Assembly (NCBI RefSeq): GCF_036971445.1
Contig: NC_091478.1
Span: 91,822,001-91,886,000, forward strand
Reading direction: 5' to 3'
Length of the DNA stretch: 64,000 nucleotides
Source of the DNA: Narcine bancroftii
Taxonomy: Eukaryota
Part shown: in pieces, positions 62,630-64,000 of the stretch
Layout: each line of letters begins with the position of its first letter
Numbering within the stretch: the first letter of the stretch is position 1
Translations under genes and position numbers: made by a program
Notes under the pieces: model-generated
What the model was told of the DNA's origin: nothing
Database searches by the model: none
The model's input: the letters and a program-made list of their open reading frames with translations, nothing else

Positions 62630-64000
62630 CCCATCAGGCACAGACATATTTTCTAGGTGCACAGGATAGTGCATTGGCTAAGTGCATTTCTTTTTTGCAC
62701 ATATAAACTAAAGTCAATTTGTATGACTGAAGCCTGACCATTGTTCTCTGTAATCGTGCAGGAGCTGAGTGCATTGGCTTCTTCAGAATTGTGACCAGAG
62801 GTAAGCGGTCAGTCTCTATGGTCATTGGTCTATTATAGATGTATTCATTGAATTTTGTGCATGCAAAAACTAGTGCCAACATCTCCTTTGTTTGGGCGCA
62901 CCTGTTCTCCATGGTTGGTGAGTGACCTGGATGTCTGAGTCTACTGGCCCTTGGTTTTCCGTCTTGCAGGCATGCTGCACCTGGGCTGCACTTTGATGTA
63001 TCTCAGGTTAGCATGACTGGTCTTCATACATTGTAGTATGATAGAACAGGTGGGCATGACATATGCCTTTATCATGCATTGAATTTGTTTTGTTGTCGCT
63101 CGTGTCAGGACCAAGTCAAGTCTTTGTGCATCAGTTGCCTCAGTGAGGCAGTAAGATCACTGGAATTTGGGATGAACTTGACTAGGTAGTTGACCATGCT
63201 CTGGAAATGTAGCACTGTCACGTCTGACGGTACCAGCTTTTCACCAATTGCTCTTGTCTTTGAAGAGTCTGCCTTCAGACCTTCTGTGAAAATGTGGGCT
63301 ACATAACTGATCTGGTTCAGCTGAAATCTGCACTTCTTGGGGTTGAGCTTAAGGTTTACCTTCCAGGCTCTGTTGGGTACCTTTTTTAAATTTGTGCCGT
63401 GTTCTTCCAAGTCCTTGCCACCTATGAGTATGTCATCAACAATGATGGCACTGGTGTATGCCGCAAAGATTTGCTCCATTGATCTTTGAAATACCTTGCT
63501 GGCTGAATTAATTTCAAATTGCATTCGCAGGAATCTGTCTTGGATGAAACTCGTGCTGAATGTGGTCAGCAGTGATGACTTGTAGTCGTTTGATTTGCCA
63601 GAAGGAATTCTTTGCATCCAAGGCCGGGGAAAAAATGGTTGTGCCAGTGATCTGCGCAGCAACTTCCCCAACAGAACACATTGGATGATGTAGTTGTTTT
63701 AAAGCTGTGTGGAGGTCTCTTGGGTTTATGCAGATCTGGATCTCCAGTCCGTTTTTTTTTCTTAACAGCCACCATGGAGGGAATGGTGGATTCAAAGACT
63801 GGGGTAATCATGCCCAGGTCCTACATCCTGTCCAGCTCAGCCATAACCCTGTCCTTCATTGCTACTGGTATATGGTGTGCTGGACAAACTGCAGGCTTCA
63901 CTTCTGGGTCGAGCTGCATGGAGTATGTCACCAGCAGTTTCCCCGGTTCAAAGGTAAAAAGGTCACTACTCAGAAAAGATTCTATGTTGCAAATCATCTT
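62630..64000 (-). mobile_element. Gypsy/Ty3 LTR retrotransposon pol remnant (RT + RNase H), continues beyond the window
   Basis: ICINPRDL, LDAKNSFWQI, FQRSMEQIF, IIVDDILI, LKLNPKKC and KEMLALVFACTKF..YIY...IETD..PL; frameshifted. Confidence 0.9.

Overview
Vertebrate genomic DNA, not prokaryotic. The repeat mix (CR1, Penelope-like, RTE, Rex-Babar, L1-like LINEs, V-SINEs) suggests a cartilaginous fish, but this is an inference. Two protein-coding genes can be read on the minus strand. One is coding exon 1 of the amino-acid transporter SLC7A5/LAT1 (2615-3185); the rest of that gene lies left of the window. The other is a complete 7-exon mitochondrial carbonic anhydrase 5 gene (41624 to 23633, 300 aa, all splice sites GT-AG, Zn ligands intact). 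A CpG island at about 49.6-50.7 kb sits where conserved SLC7A5-CA5A-BANP synteny predicts the BANP promoter, but no BANP coding exon was found. Most remaining sequence is decayed, often nested, transposable elements. I found no convincing wholly new multi-gene system. The most unusual signals are small: (i) a minisatellite built from the SLC7A5 exon1/intron1 junction, giving tandem splice donors; (ii) a unique-looking 47-bp inverted repeat bracketing the symmetric CA5 exon 2; (iii) an inverted-repeat-bounded 54-bp array upstream of SLC7A5 holding a solo LTR and an RTE fragment; (iv) a composite hairpin hAT MITE; (v) a twin-primed RTE insertion; (vi) hammerhead-like cores in Penelope termini; (vii) a Chapaev3-like transposon relic. 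Exon and motif coordinates were counted by hand; boundaries of old repeats are approximate.
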